From positions 620,001 to 684,000 of the forward strand of contig CAJFCJ010000018.1 in assembly GCA_904063045.1 (NCBI GenBank): a stretch of DNA of 64,000 nucleotides, in the 5' to 3' direction. The stretch's first letter is position 1, and each line of letters starts with the position of its first letter. Under the pieces are notes generated by a model. The model did no database searches, was not told the origin of the DNA, and saw nothing but the letters and a program-made list of their open reading frames with translations. This stretch comes from Dimorphilus gyrociliatus. Its lineage: Eukaryota > Animalia > Annelida. Below, in pieces: positions 38,162 to 55,909 of the stretch. The translations under genes and the position numbers were made by a program.

Positions 38162-38412
38162 GTAGGTATAGCTTTATAAAACTTTCCTATATATATTTAA
38201 TATTTCTCTCCATTTAAAAACTTTGCTTTCACTTATTTCAAAATTGATTAGCTAAAACTGACCTGGCATTTATAGGTTATAAATTATCAGCTGTTGTTAA
38301 AATATAGGAAAAATTATAAAACTATTATCAATAATTCCATTATAATGTGTTTTATGTATATTTAGTATACAGAATGTATATTAGTATATAAAGTACATAT
38401 AATTTATATTAG

Positions 38413-38457
38413 TATATATATATACTAATATATATATATATATATATATTAATATAT
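38413..38457. repeat. Interrupted (TA)n microsatellite
   Basis: Directly visible. Confidence 0.85.
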
Positions 38458-40721
38458 CGTAATATGCTATACACATTTGATAGATAAATTTGGATAATAT
38501 GCTAAAAGTAGCATAGAGTATTAAGCAAAGCTTGAAGAATATCTAAATGGCAATTTATGGATAAAGAAGAAATAAATTATACTTGTTCTTTTCAATAAAC
38601 GTACGGAGTAGTGCATATTTATGAACTCAACTTTATATTTATTTCATTTTTAATACCTTTAAAAGGAATTATAATATATTTTTGATTTGGAAAATTGCTT
38701 GTAGGACGTAATTGAATATTATCACTTTCAAGTCATTAAGAGTCTTTCAATACATAAATAACTCGGAGAATGCTATCTTCAAACGAAAGTTTAAAATACT
38801 TCCTCTTCGCTCCTTCTCATCTTCTTTCCAATAATTAGCATATTTGCAGCCTAATTCCCCGAAGGATATTTTGTTACTCGATAATCAATGATGCATAAGA
38901 TGGGTTGCATTAGCAGATAAAGAATTTGTGGATGTAGTTAGCCATGAATTTCCCAAACATTATCTTTCTCCAAGAATGCGGGAATTCTTAATAAATCAGA
39001 GCTTTTATGAATATGCTAAGTGAGTTCAAATCCGTTGATCTCCAAGTAGCGATGGTTTTCAAATAATCCTTCTTACCGCATCTGCAGCAAATTCGGTTGT
39101 CCAAGAAATTTTATACGGCAAAGCAAAAGCTCTCTGTTATTTATCGTATTAGCAAACCCTGCAATGTCTGGGTTGGGACAATTTGCGTTAAAGAGCGTAA
39201 TTGAGTTTTTTGTAGATTAATTTCTAACCTATTTTAAGCTTTGTTTTCCTACAACTTTTGACAATTCACTCAACTAAAGCGTTTCCTATTAAGTTGCTCT
39301 TGTTGTTAAATGATTACACTTAACATGAGAAATTAATATTTATTCGTCTGAAGATAAGAAATTTTGATAATATCATTTCCACAAGAGTAAAATACAAGAG
39401 AAACGTCAATGGTATTTTCAATAAAGTATTATAAGCTTTGAAGATATCATAAGGGTTAAAATGCGGTTAATTATAGTGAAATGATAAAATAATGGGAGAG
39501 TATGGCCTTTATTTCTTTTTTTGTATACAGCATTAAACAATTCTTTGTAAATTGAATTCTTTCCTGTTTTATCAGTGACATTAAGATCAATATGTAGACG
39601 AATATTAAATGATTCATTTAGTTATTGTATTTAGTTGAAGTTTGCCACGTGAAGTAGGCGGAAAACAATATTTTGAATTACTGACGTTTAAAATCCAAAC
39701 TGCTAGATGGCACCACTTTATTTTATTGAAGGAGATATTTTAAAATTGGGCTTATTTATATTCTTACAATGCTTTGATGAGTATAGGGTACATCAATTAT
39801 TTAAAGTATAAACTTAACTTTAGTCTTTTCTTAAAAATAGGAAAAAGTACTAATTATTCATAATTTATATTAAGGGGTGAACTCATTATTGAAAGATTTT
39901 TTTTTACATTTTCCATTAGACAACAAAGTTTGTTTTGTTACTCTTCGAAAATTTTGCTATGGATGATGCTTTTCTGGATCGCAATGTCCCCTGTGGACTT
40001 TGACTGCATGCATATTTTCTTGCTTATCTCATAACTTTTAACTCCCTCATGAATTTTCATTCTGTTTCATTTCGAAAATCGTACGCGATCAACTGTTCTT
40101 TGTTCTTCTCTTCAAACGCTTTTGCTCGTCAATAAGGTTGACTTTCGTTTTGTGTACTGTTTTTTTTCGTAGTGTATTTTCTTTAAGTTGGAGGGGGAAG
40201 GCGATTGATATTCTTAAAAAGATTTTTATTTTCTGTTCGTTGGTTGGACCCTGCTTTTAATGGGACCGGATAATAAGATCTAAAATTCATACATTTCAAA
40301 TTACCGTTTTTCTTTATATACAAACCTCGTGAGATATTAGATTCTTCGCATAAAGGAAAGACTAAATCTTTTTAGCACATCATCGTTTCTCTCTTTCTAG
40401 ACATGTTCATAGATCCTTTGCGGCAGTCTTTACTGTTCATATTTTTCAGGAATAAAGCTTTCATTTTTTGAGTAGTAAGATAATTCAAATTAATAAGGAC
40501 ATATCCCTACAATAGTTGAATTCGCAGTCTCACAAGGCGAGGACGCGGCAAACCAGTTCCGAATAATAAATACATTTAGGCCTAGAATTCCGACAAAATT
40601 GTTGCAGATCTTTACAGCAAGTCGCTGTTGCAAGAACATTTTTCCCCACACGGATTAGAATTATACTCAGAGCACATTCTTTTGCGTTACTGATATTATC
40701 GAAACTAAGAAGGTAAAAAGT

Positions 40722-40829
40722 ATGAATTATAGCGCTGGAACTTCAACTACTCATATTAAAAGTGTCAGCAAATCTTCATCTAGGGGAAATGCCTCAGGGC
40801 AAAACTATAAACAAATTAACAATTTGACG
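40722..40829 (+). other. Candidate alternative first coding exon of the DPP gene (36 aa, MNYSAGTSTTHIKS...)
   Basis: ATG-initiated, phase 0, donor ACG|GTAGTT. Loose similarity (SAGTSTT vs SADAGTTS) to the 38111 exon. Confidence 0.45.
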
Positions 40830-42379
40830 GTAGTTGTTATTAGTATTATTGTTATTTTTCTACATTTATAAAACATTTTGGATGTTTCGTTTTCTCGTTC
40901 ATTTATAAATACTACGTAATTGTATTTTCACTTTCAATATCATAAATGTGTAAAAAAGAATGAATAAATAAACAAATTAACATTTACTCTTTCTTTCCTC
41001 TTGCTCTACAAAATAACTATGATAGACCGAGGTACGTAAATTTTTCCTCTAACCCAACTACAATATATTCCCGTTTATCCTTTGTATGCACTTTTTTATT
41101 GCACCAAACAGATGAAAAGTTTTATATCCTATTATATATATAAAGAAAGAACTAATAATTTTTATTTATCAGTTCAATATTAAATAAAAATTTATATTGC
41201 ACTTTATAGAATTCTCTTTTTTATTTTTTTATATATCGTTTTTGTTCACGGTCGATTTTGTGTTCTAAAAAAACTCAATATAAAGTATTATGTAGTAAAT
41301 TTACAAAGGTTTAATGTATCTTCGAATTGAGCATAAGCAAAAAGGAAAAATAATAAATAAATACATATAAATAAAGAATATATTTCTCTTTAAGGAAAAT
41401 ATTATTTGATTTTATAACCGACTTTATTAAGAATGTAGGAGGAGGAGGAGAGGGAAAAAGTGGAAAATGTTACCTCCAATGCATAACACATCAACGAAAG
41501 TAACGAATTTAAGGAGTAAAAAAATAAAATTAGATAAAAATTCCACACCTGAAGACTTTTCTTAATCATTTTGTAAATTTTTTGCAAGTATATCTAATGG
41601 AAATAAATTGAAAAAATTGATATAAAAAAACGCTATTTTTTTAATGATGACTCCATGAAATGTGTAAAAATTGACAGATGGTATTCGCAATGTATTATGC
41701 ATTATAATTTATATCTATTTATCTATTTTAAAATGAGAATTAGTGTAAAATATTTCATTAAAATTAATTGACGTAGAAAACGATAGAATATATATCTAAA
41801 AAGTTCTATATTTAGATAACATAAGGCAACAACAACAACAAAAAAATGATTTGAAGTATTCGTATAACCTTTATGAAATTTGTAGTTTCTTCTCGTTTTC
41901 GATTTTTACAATTCTAACTAAACAATATAGCTTTTGTTATACAGAATTGTATTTCTATAGCTTACAGCATAGTCAGAATCGTAATGTAAAATAACAACAA
42001 GAAAAAAAAAGAAAATAACATTGTCTAAAATACTTGTTTATTATACATAGATTTGATATTAAAAACTGACATTGCTCATATGCATATTTATGTTTTCTTA
42101 GAGTTTTTATTTTGCGGTGTTATGGAGCTTACTTTCTTTTTTTTTCCATTTAGTATTTATGTTTGCTAATTATTCAGCCGCATCATTCCTGTGATCAATA
42201 TCAATATATGCTAAATTCCTCTGTATTGTTTTGTTTTTCTTGTTTTCTATCTTTTGAATAGAGATACTTTTAATAGGTTATCAAGAAATAGTGTACATTT
42301 ACATTGGTGTGAACAATACAAACACGACTAACGCGCTCTTTTAAATATCCCCTCTGTACAAGCAGAAAACGCTATCGCA

Positions 42380-42391
42380 ATGTATTTTAAG
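42380..42391 (+). other. Candidate very short alternative first coding exon of the DPP gene (MYFK, or MYFKVK)
   Basis: ATG TAT TTT AAG|GTAAAA, with a second phase-0 donor GTAAGG 6 nt later. Short enough to be chance. Confidence 0.25.
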
Positions 42392-43138
42392 GTAAAAGTA
42401 AGGTGCAGTCAATAATTATTTATCAACTTTCCATAACTTCGTTAATTATCTATTTCGCGAATATCCCCATTAATCAACATCAATTACATCAATTAAATTG
42501 ATATGAATTTCCCTATTCAATAAAATATATGTCGTATTCTTTATATAATAACAACAAAAGAAATACATTTTAATTTCAATTGAATCATAGATAAATTATT
42601 GTATAGTGTTTTGTATAAAACGTTCAGATATTTAGATTCCTGCAGACATATACAGTTTACATGTAAGCTGTTTACTTGATTTTTTTTTTAATATCCATTT
42701 TTGTACAGTAGATGGCCCTACATACCTCATTTTAAGTTTCATTCTAATTGGATATTAAAAGTAATTTTTCCTTCTCATAATCTGACGTAATTGAATAAAT
42801 CTATTACTGTAGCATTTAATGATTGATTGACTTGTTATTGTACTAAATAATCTTGACCTTAGGACACAAAAGCCAAATTCCAACTAATCACCAATTAAGC
42901 AAGCTCCACCCTTATTTAATTATGTTTTAGTAAGGGAAATTAAATTTTGATTTAGTTAAATTTCAATCTTTGCCTCCCTTTTTTAACACAAAATTTGAAA
43001 GAAAATGAGAAAAACAATTCACATTGTTAAATTATTGAAGAAAGTGAAATTATTAAGCAATCTAGTTGATTACGCTGCGGGCTTCTATATAAAGCGGAAT
43101 AGTTTGTTGAAATTTACTCTTTTTGTCAGTCTTTTGAG

Positions 43139-47347
<4,209 letters not shown>

Positions 47348-49352
47348 AATTTACTTATTTTTTCATGTTTACTTCCCCATTTACTGTTACTTCTATATTC
47401 ATAACATTTACGGGTAGTTTGTTTTTTTTTTAAGTTTATACAGTTAATTAACATTTATAGTGTGCCGTATGTCTTAAAAAAGGAAAGAATGTATACTGTA
47501 TTCTTCTTTTATGCTTCGTATTAGTTTGAAGATATTGAAATTGGTTAATGAATAACCAAAAGAAAAAAAAACATTCCCACAAGAGGCTTTCTATAGAAAT
47601 TAAATGTTCGCTAAAGAACCTCTTGTTTACTGCATCAGTCTTAAAGTATTTTTGTTTTGTAATTATAATTCGCAGCTACTGTTACTTCTTTGTTACAAAA
47701 TATTTAATTGATTGATACATACAATATTTATTCACTTTTTTCCTATATATTATTCGTATTAATAACAGATGGCAATAGTATAGTTTTACCCTCAACGCCC
47801 CCTTTTTTTCCTTCTAGAATATAAAGAGACCGATATTTTAAATTATGTAGGATTACGGCAGTCGTGGATATAAAACTGAATTGTTTGTGTTCTATTTTTG
47901 ATGAAGCAGAACTGAGAGATTGCTAAAAGAGAAAGAGTAGACTTAATTTGTAAGGATTGTGACACCTTACTTTGCTCACAACTTTTGAGATAGAAACGTA
48001 AAGAAAGCAAAAAACCGCTGCGTGACTAAGGTGGTAATTTTTCTACATTTTCTTCTACAAACAGAATAAATTGATTGATTGATCCTCCGTTCCATTTTCT
48101 CCATCTTGCTGCTGACTATTACTATTACTACTTCTTATCAGGAGAAAAATTTTAGAAGAAACTAAACAGCATAAACGATCCGAAATCAATATATAGCTGA
48201 AAATCGATTATTGAAGAGGATATGTATATATGAAATAAACTCTCTTTTGGGACATGAAGGTGCTATTGAGCATGATGTTGCTTAAAGGAAACATTTGGAG
48301 AACATGATTTTTCCTAATGGACCACTATACATGTGGGTAAATCATAAATGTTAACATATATAGAATAATATAGAATAATAAGTTCAAAGCTAGAGGTCGA
48401 GTGAGAGTGTATATAAGCGAAGCGAGAGTAAGAGAGCACAGCCTAAACGATATAATAATAAGCTTTCAATAATAGCTCTTTTAAAAATTGTGTAAAATGG
48501 TATTTTTTTTTTATATATATAAATAATAATTATAATAGGATTAAATCTTTTCACTCAAATATCGAAAAATGGGAAATATAGATCAATAAACTGGAAGCTG
48601 AAGAAAAAACTTGCTAACAAAAACCTGCAGAATTCTTTCTCTTTGTTAATATTTGCATACAAATATTGAAATAGAGAACAGTTTTCCGCAAAAAAAAAAA
48701 ATTTATGAAAGAAATTGACAGAAATTGGAGAAAGAGCCGTCACTTTTAACGGAAATAAGAACGGGGTATTAAAAAAAGCACAAAAGGAAAAAAAATAATA
48801 ACCGAATGAGCATCAACGTAGAATTTAGAATGTACGTTACGTCTCATTTTACGCTATAACTCATGTTCGTAGCGACTTCCTCTTATGAAAAGTGCTATTT
48901 TCCGAAAAAAAAGTAAATCAATCAAATTTAACAAGCTGACGTTCTTATTGCACCTTTGTATACAACAAAATGTGTTTAAATTTTGTAAAAAACAATGTAT
49001 TATCTTTATTGAATTTCTGTTGTTATAAAAGCATTCGTACAAGTGTAATCTCACATATGAAAATTCCAAGACTAACGCAATCTATATATAGACGATAAAG
49101 ACTAGTAAATATATAGATATTTTCTGGTGTATATATCGCGTAGGCCTTACATGTAAGCCTAGTTTGCTCATATAGTGCTAATAGTGAAACATTTGACAGG
49201 TAGACTGGCAGCGCTCGCTTGGATCTTTGTGCATATTCCAAATAAGATATAAACTAAGAAACGACAATAAGATAACTGGCCTTTGCAGGTATTATTACTG
49301 AATGTTTATGGTTTCACATAAAAAACATTCATATTGAAGAAAACTAAACAGA

Positions 49353-51095
49353 ATGAGATTTTATAAAAAGAGATTCATTCTCAGCTTAGTTTTCATTGGA
49401 TTCTGTTATGTTTGCTATATAGCTTTAATCGGAAATATTCCTCTAAACGACTTGGAGATGCCAAGAAAACATTATGATATTTTATGGACAAAAAAATCAG
49501 AAAAATTAGTATTACAGTTTCATCAGCATTCTTATGATCCCTCAAAAGTATACTCAAATCCAGATGACCCTTACCACGATCGAATTTTAGAACAAATGCA
49601 CTTTGTACCAAATAGTTATGACCCATTTAGAAGTTCAGAAAAAATAATCTATATGTTTGATGGTTTAGGCGATTTACCATCTGGACGAGAAAAATTTGTG
49701 TTTGATAAATGTCCAGTCGATAATTGTGTTTTGACAGATGATAGTATTAAAATGAGCGATGCAGATGCTGTGTTTTTTAAAGACTCATATGCTGGTGATT
49801 TTGTTAAAGACAGAAATCCTGATCAAATATGGATACTGTATATGCTAGAGTCGCCTTTTCATACTCCTGATCTTACAACTTTCAACGGTCTAATAAATTG
49901 GACAGCCACCTACAGATGGGACTCAACGCTTACGGCACCCTATGAAAGATTTACACTACATAAAAACATTTCCATGAACAAACTAAATACTAGGAACTAT
50001 GCCAATGGAAAGAAAAAAAAGGTTGCGTGGTTCGTATCCAATTGTGGAGCAATGAATCAGAGATTAGAGTATGCTAAAGAACTTGCAAAGTATATAGAGG
50101 TGTTGAAATTTTTTTCCTTTCTTACCAGATATTAAATTTAAAGCATTTTATCAATCTAGTATGTTTAATTATTAACGAATTTGTAAATTTTTAGGTTGAT
50201 ATATTTGGAGCTTGCGGGGAATTACAATGCAACAGCTTTGACGAAAAAAATTCGTGTTCAAAGCTCCTTCAAAGAGAGTATAAATTCTACTTGGCCTTCG
50301 AGAATTCTAACTGCAGATATTACATTACTGAAAAGTTCTTCCGAAATGCTCTTTGGTGGGTAGGAATTAATTTCGTGACGGAGAAATCATTCGGGAATAT
50401 TGGTCAATTAGTTCGGTTTTGTGCGTTAATGCGACGATGCTATAAAGCATGAACTACTCAGTGTTTTTATTATATACTCTTTGGGTATATTTAAATTTAG
50501 ATTATCATAAACGTCAACATAGCAACAATTATAAACAAATCAATTATACACATTACTTCCTTTATGCTTCGTTGACGAAGAGTGCAGAGTGAGAGTTTTT
50601 ATGGAAAAAAATAGAGTAACTTTTTTCATTTCCGCTTTGCCTTGGCGCAATCAATATATTAGTATCTACGATATAAAATCACAACTACATGCATTGCCCA
50701 ATCTATTTGTCTATTATCTATCTATTTATCTTTACAGGAACGACGTTCTTCCTGTTGTAATGGGAGCACCGAAAGTCGATTACGAGCATGCTGCTCCACC
50801 GAATTCGTTCATTTATGCTGAAGACTTCGAAACGCCCGAACACTTAGCTAATTACTTGCACAGATTAGACCAAAACGACGATGAATACAACGAATATTTC
50901 AAGTGGAAAGGAACTGGAGATTTGATCGATACCAAATTCTTTTGTCGACTCTGTTCTTTGCTGCATGATGAGAGTGCAACTCCGAGGTATTACAAGGACA
51001 TTGAAAAATGGTGGAGAACGCCTTTAACTTGTACTAGGGACAAATGGAGTAATTCTTCTCATTATATTACTGATTGGACTGCAACTTTTCAGTAA
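49353..51095 (+). CDS. Alpha-1,3-fucosyltransferase (GT10, FucTA-like; 3 exons, ~421 aa)
   Basis: Exons 49353-50099, 50195-50355, 50738-51095 in frame. N-terminal TM anchor, WILYMLESP, NWTATYRWDS, VAWFVSNC and YKFYLAFENSNCRYYITEKF motifs. Confidence 0.93.
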
Positions 51096-51274
51096 GGATG
51101 AGTTAGAAAAATATTAAATTGCCAAATATTTGCTAAGTCAAAAATAAACAATGTTTGAATATTTAGATTTAAAACAATTTTTACTTTTCAAGATTGTTTT
51201 GATGAAAAAATAAAAGAAAAGTTTTATATTGTTCATTGTTTTCAAGCCGACCAGTAATATCCCTTGAGAAATTA

Positions 51275-52510
51275 TTAGGGTACTTTATCATTATGCCAAT
51301 TCGGGTTGTCCCAACCTTCCAAGTCAATTTTCCTGCTTTCTTCTTCTCCAAAAGTTTTATTAGATGGTTCACTAGTTTCATTTCCGGATGTGCCCGATAA
51401 GAAAGACATGAAAGAGTCTGGTTTAATCAACTCTTCGTCTTTTTCCAAGTGACTCCCCACTGTCCATAACGTTTCCAAGTCATACTTTTCCCTTGTTTGA
51501 GGCAATAAGATATGCAGTACAACGTTTCCTGCAGATTACCCTAGTTAGCTATCGATTTCTTTTTGTCATTTATAGAAAAGTATACGATTTATAATTTACA
51601 CGTGACTGTTGAAAAATTTAATGCAAGTCTTTAGTCATTACTTACCCATGTCTAAAGCGTACCAGTCAGTAGTATTTTTCCCTTCTACCCTTAAGAATTT
51701 TCGATCTCTTTTACTTCGTTTCTTTTTCCACTAAATTGATTATAATCTTATTATAGTAATAATACTAACAATAGTCAATCGTTGTAATTCTTACAAGAAT
51801 TTGGAATAACTCGGAAACAGCTCTGATTTGACGGGTAGATTTTGCCGAAGTTAAAACCATATAACTGGCGTAATTAATTTCCGGGGGAATCTATATAAAG
51901 TAAAAATGATCAATATATTAATTTTAAAGATTATTACACTTACCCTAATGCAAGCAATATTCGTCATATTTTCAGCTTTTAAGAGTTCTATCACTTCTCC
52001 GAGATCGAAAACTCCTTCGACACCTCCTGTAAATATAGTTAATTATACGTTAAAAATATCATACCAAATAAAATATCTTTTAAATGTCATGCCACCCAGA
52101 AACTAACTTTCAAGATTGATGGGATAAGTAACTTCTCTTTCATCTCCTAAATCCATATTAGTTTCGCTTACTTCATCATAATCATAGATCTCTTCTAGTT
52201 CATCAATGGTTAAATCCTCTAAAGTTCGTAACTCTTCGCTAGTGTCTGGCTCATCTTCAATAAATCGAATCATCTCGTCATACTCTGTGCCACTGGTTGA
52301 TATAGATGTTTCAATTTTATTTTCATTTGACGTGAAGGATAATCCCGGATTTTTTATATCGTTAGAATTACTACTATTCGTACATTTGTTAAATTTTGTA
52401 TAAAATATATTCCTGTGTATATTGTATATGCTGCCTTTATTTAATTTATTTACAGTTTGTATTTGGCACATTCGGCAAATATTAATCAGAGGTCGTCGAA
52501 GAAACGACAT
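51275..52510 (-). CDS. MALSU1: Mitochondrial assembly of ribosomal large subunit 1 (RsfS family; 5 exons)
   Basis: Spliced translation GVFDLGEVIELLKAEN...IPPEINYASYMVLTSAKSTRQ...VEGKNTTDWYALDMGNVVLHILLPQTREKYDLETLW, with a basic N-terminal presequence-like leader. Confidence 0.92.
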
Positions 52511-53225
52511 TATCAAGTTCTATGATTTATATGTCGGAAAGGACTCTTAGTTTCTTTGCAGTATGGAAATACGTTTCACTAAACGCACGAGCATGTTCTA
52601 ACGAGCGATATTATGAGGAAGGATTGTTAAAGACATTACAATGTATGGAAAGCATTTCGCTTTACGATTGAGTATTTTTGTAGATGTTTTACTTTATTAT
52701 TAGCATTTTTTATGCGCGCAAATCTTTCCATGTTGAATGATAGTATCAGTATATACTCTTGTAAACATTATTCAGCGTAAGGCACTATGTAGTTTGCCAA
52801 CTTAACTATGGTCGAAAACGTAAAAGTTTTCAACACGAATATCTAAGCTGTATTTGTTTGTTTGAATAATAAAATTCAGTTTATAAAAGTATCACTGTCT
52901 TGGACTGGTTCTTATCGCTGTCTTATTATTTTTCTTTATTTTTCTAATGCTCCTTTAGGAATGTGTTACCACGTCCAACATTCCCCGGTGCATTCTTTCA
53001 ATATATGAATTTTCTGAAGGTGGAACTCTGTGCCACATTACTGAGTAGGATTTCTATTTTTGGCTTTTCGTTAGTGTTGGGCGGAATATAAAGGTTAGCT
53101 CATTGTTCTCTCGACTGCAACAATATCTGTTGATGTAAATATATTATAACTGCAAACATGCCATCTGATCCTCAGAATAAGGAATAGTTATTGTTAATCA
53201 AACTTTTTCAAAACTACAGGTCAGC

Positions 53226-55909
53226 ATGAGGGAAATTATTGCCTTCTTACTCATCGCTTCGAGTGCGGTTTGTCAAGATGATCCATGTAATGGTTTTTCA
53301 TTTGCAAACAACATGTCACCAAACTATGGAATAGCGAAAAATAGGCGATATGAAATTACTATAGACAATGTTGATATCTCTAGAAGTTATTATAGGCCAT
53401 ATCAAACCATAAAAGGTAAATATGCCATGTTTATAATTCAGCCCATTCAAATGCTTTTCGCTTCAACGTAAATAAATACTATTTAAGGATTAAAGTAAAT
53501 GATTTCGATTAAATACCACGATAAATTATAAGTTCTTCTTTAAAATTTCATATGAAAAATATATTTCTCGATTGTACATTTGAATCGTCTATAACATTCT
53601 TTATTCTTTAAACGTTCTTATCAGAATGTTTTACTAAATTTTCTTAAGAATAAATCACATTAAAAAGTCCGCTCATAAATTATTAATTTCCTTTTTGAAA
53701 ATAAATATTTTTTCTTTCAGTAACCATTAGATCTCTTTCTGAAGATAAATTTACCGGATTTTTAATACGAGCTGAAGCTAATTCAACAATTGAGGGAGCC
53801 GAACAAGTCGGATTTTTTGATTTTGATCCTCAAAACGATCGAATATGTAAAACTTCAAGAGGTAACTCTGTAAAAAATTATAGAGAGTCGGGGTGGACCT
53901 CAAAAAGTTTTTATTGGCGAGCGAAGACTTCATATGGATCCGTTCAATTTAAAGCTATTATCTATGAATATGATCGTAAATGGTCAATTGTCTCATCGAT
54001 TCTTAAAGATCCTCATGTCGAACGAGTCCCCAAAGTTCTAACGTTTATCGACACTGAAGGCTGCGGAGTTACCAAAGGATGCTACAGAGAGCCCTCAGGA
54101 TGTCAGGATGGTAGTTGCTCTCTTTTGCTTGCATGGACTGTTGAAGACAATGTAGTTCAATTTCAAATGAGTGCTTTAACAAATGGCTATATTGCACTTG
54201 GCTTTTCTAAGGACCAGTACATGGGTGATGACAGTGTAGTCGAATGCGTTAATCAGGAAGAGACAAAGAGGGTAATAGTGCAATACTCTTATAATGATGG
54301 CCAATCGAACAAAGTTTTAGAGCAATTGTCTGACTTTGATGCTTATCAAGGAGGAAAAATTATACGCTGTGAATTTAAGAGAAGAAAACTTATTCGAGAT
54401 AACTCAGAGGGAAAGATATTCAACTTAGATGAGAGCTATTATTTATTATTGGCACGGGGTAGCGTTAAGAATGGAAAAAAATTAATGCACTTTTTAAGGC
54501 CAGGCGTTGAACCTCTAGTTAGCACAAAGAAGGTTGATCTGGATAGTCATCCCAATCTAAGTGGTAAAGCAAGGTATCCCCTTGTAAAATTACATGGATG
54601 TTTAATGCTTATTGCTTGGATGATACTTTCATCAATGGGAATCTTAATGGCGAGATATTATAAACCAATATGGCCTAATAAGCGTTCCTGTAACGAAAGA
54701 ATATGGTTCTGTGTACATAGAGTTTGTATGGCGAGCTGTGCCATTCTAACACTTATTGGAGTTATAATTATCTTCATTCAAGTTGGCGGTTATTCTACTT
54801 TTGATGATTTCCCTAAAAAAGCTCATCCTCCTCTTGGAATTATTGTCTGTATCCTATCCATTCTAAATGTAAGATATTAAAATTTTCTTCTCTATCTAGT
54901 ATAATTTTCAGCTTCATTAAAAAATTTCTATCATTTTAAATTAATTATTTGACCTAGAATAATCTATTATCTATTGCTCTTGAACAAATATTTCAGCCTT
55001 TTCTCGGCTTCTTTCGCTGTAACGAGAAGGAATCAGCTCGACCAATCTTTAATTGGATTCATTGGTTTCTTGGCACAGTCTGCTTCACACTTCAGAGTAG
55101 GTTCCTGAGACTAGCATACAATTTGTGATTTTTCTGTTTGTATTTTTTCAACTAAGCTTAACAGTTGCTATTAATTAATCAAATCTATTGGAGTGTTGCT
55201 TAAAAGTTGATAAAACTTTATAGTATATTAATTATTAATCATTGCATGTAGCCGTTGATGGCCCTTATTAGATGTGATTACAATGGCAAAAGAAAAAAAT
55301 GGAGAGTAGTATTCAATTGGTTCCATTGGCTTTTTGGTACTATTACTGTTTTAATTAGTAGTGAGTGGTTTGCCCTTCCTATAAATCATCTAGTTAATGA
55401 GTACTTTGAATATAATATCTAAAAAATTTCAGTGCCAACTGTCTTCATTGGCTTATCTATGCAAAAAGCAGCAGTTCCAAGCTGGGCTACGTGGGTGATG
55501 ATGGCTTTTTTCCTTTTTCACTTAATAGTCGAGCTATTGTTGGAAATTCATGGGTGTATAAATTCAAGAAAGCAGAAAGGTACGAAATTTTCAAAAAAAA
55601 AACAGCATTTGTGCTTTAAGACTTTATTTGGAATGTTGAATATTTATCTACCTTTTTTATGTTTACAGAACGAGACGAGCGGGAACTCTTAGCTAGACAA
55701 AATCATCCATCTCTAGAACCGCCTTTGAAAGAACCTAAGCCTGTTGTATGTATATGCTAAACCTCTTTTATTTATATATTGCAATAAGGTTACCTATAAT
55801 AATGTAAAATAAACAGGGGCAGAAATTTAAAACAACAGTACTGGCTGTTTATGTCGTTGTCTGGTTTTTGTTGGGAGTTGTTATGGTTATTGCTGTCGCT
55901 GCCGGTTAA
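53226..55909 (+). CDS. FRRS1: Ferric-chelate reductase 1-like (Reeler + DOMON + cytochrome b561)
   Basis: Exons 53226-53415, 53721-54868, [54997-55096 OR 55252-55360], 55433-55579, 55669-55745, 55817-55909. Signal peptide, DOMON MGDD, four b561 His motifs (KLHG, VHR, AHP, NWxHW). Confidence 0.92.

Noticed and set aside
41019-41031. ATG ATA GAC CGA G|GTACGT as a further DPP first exon
   Set aside because: It ends in phase 1, incompatible with the phase-0 common exon at 43355.
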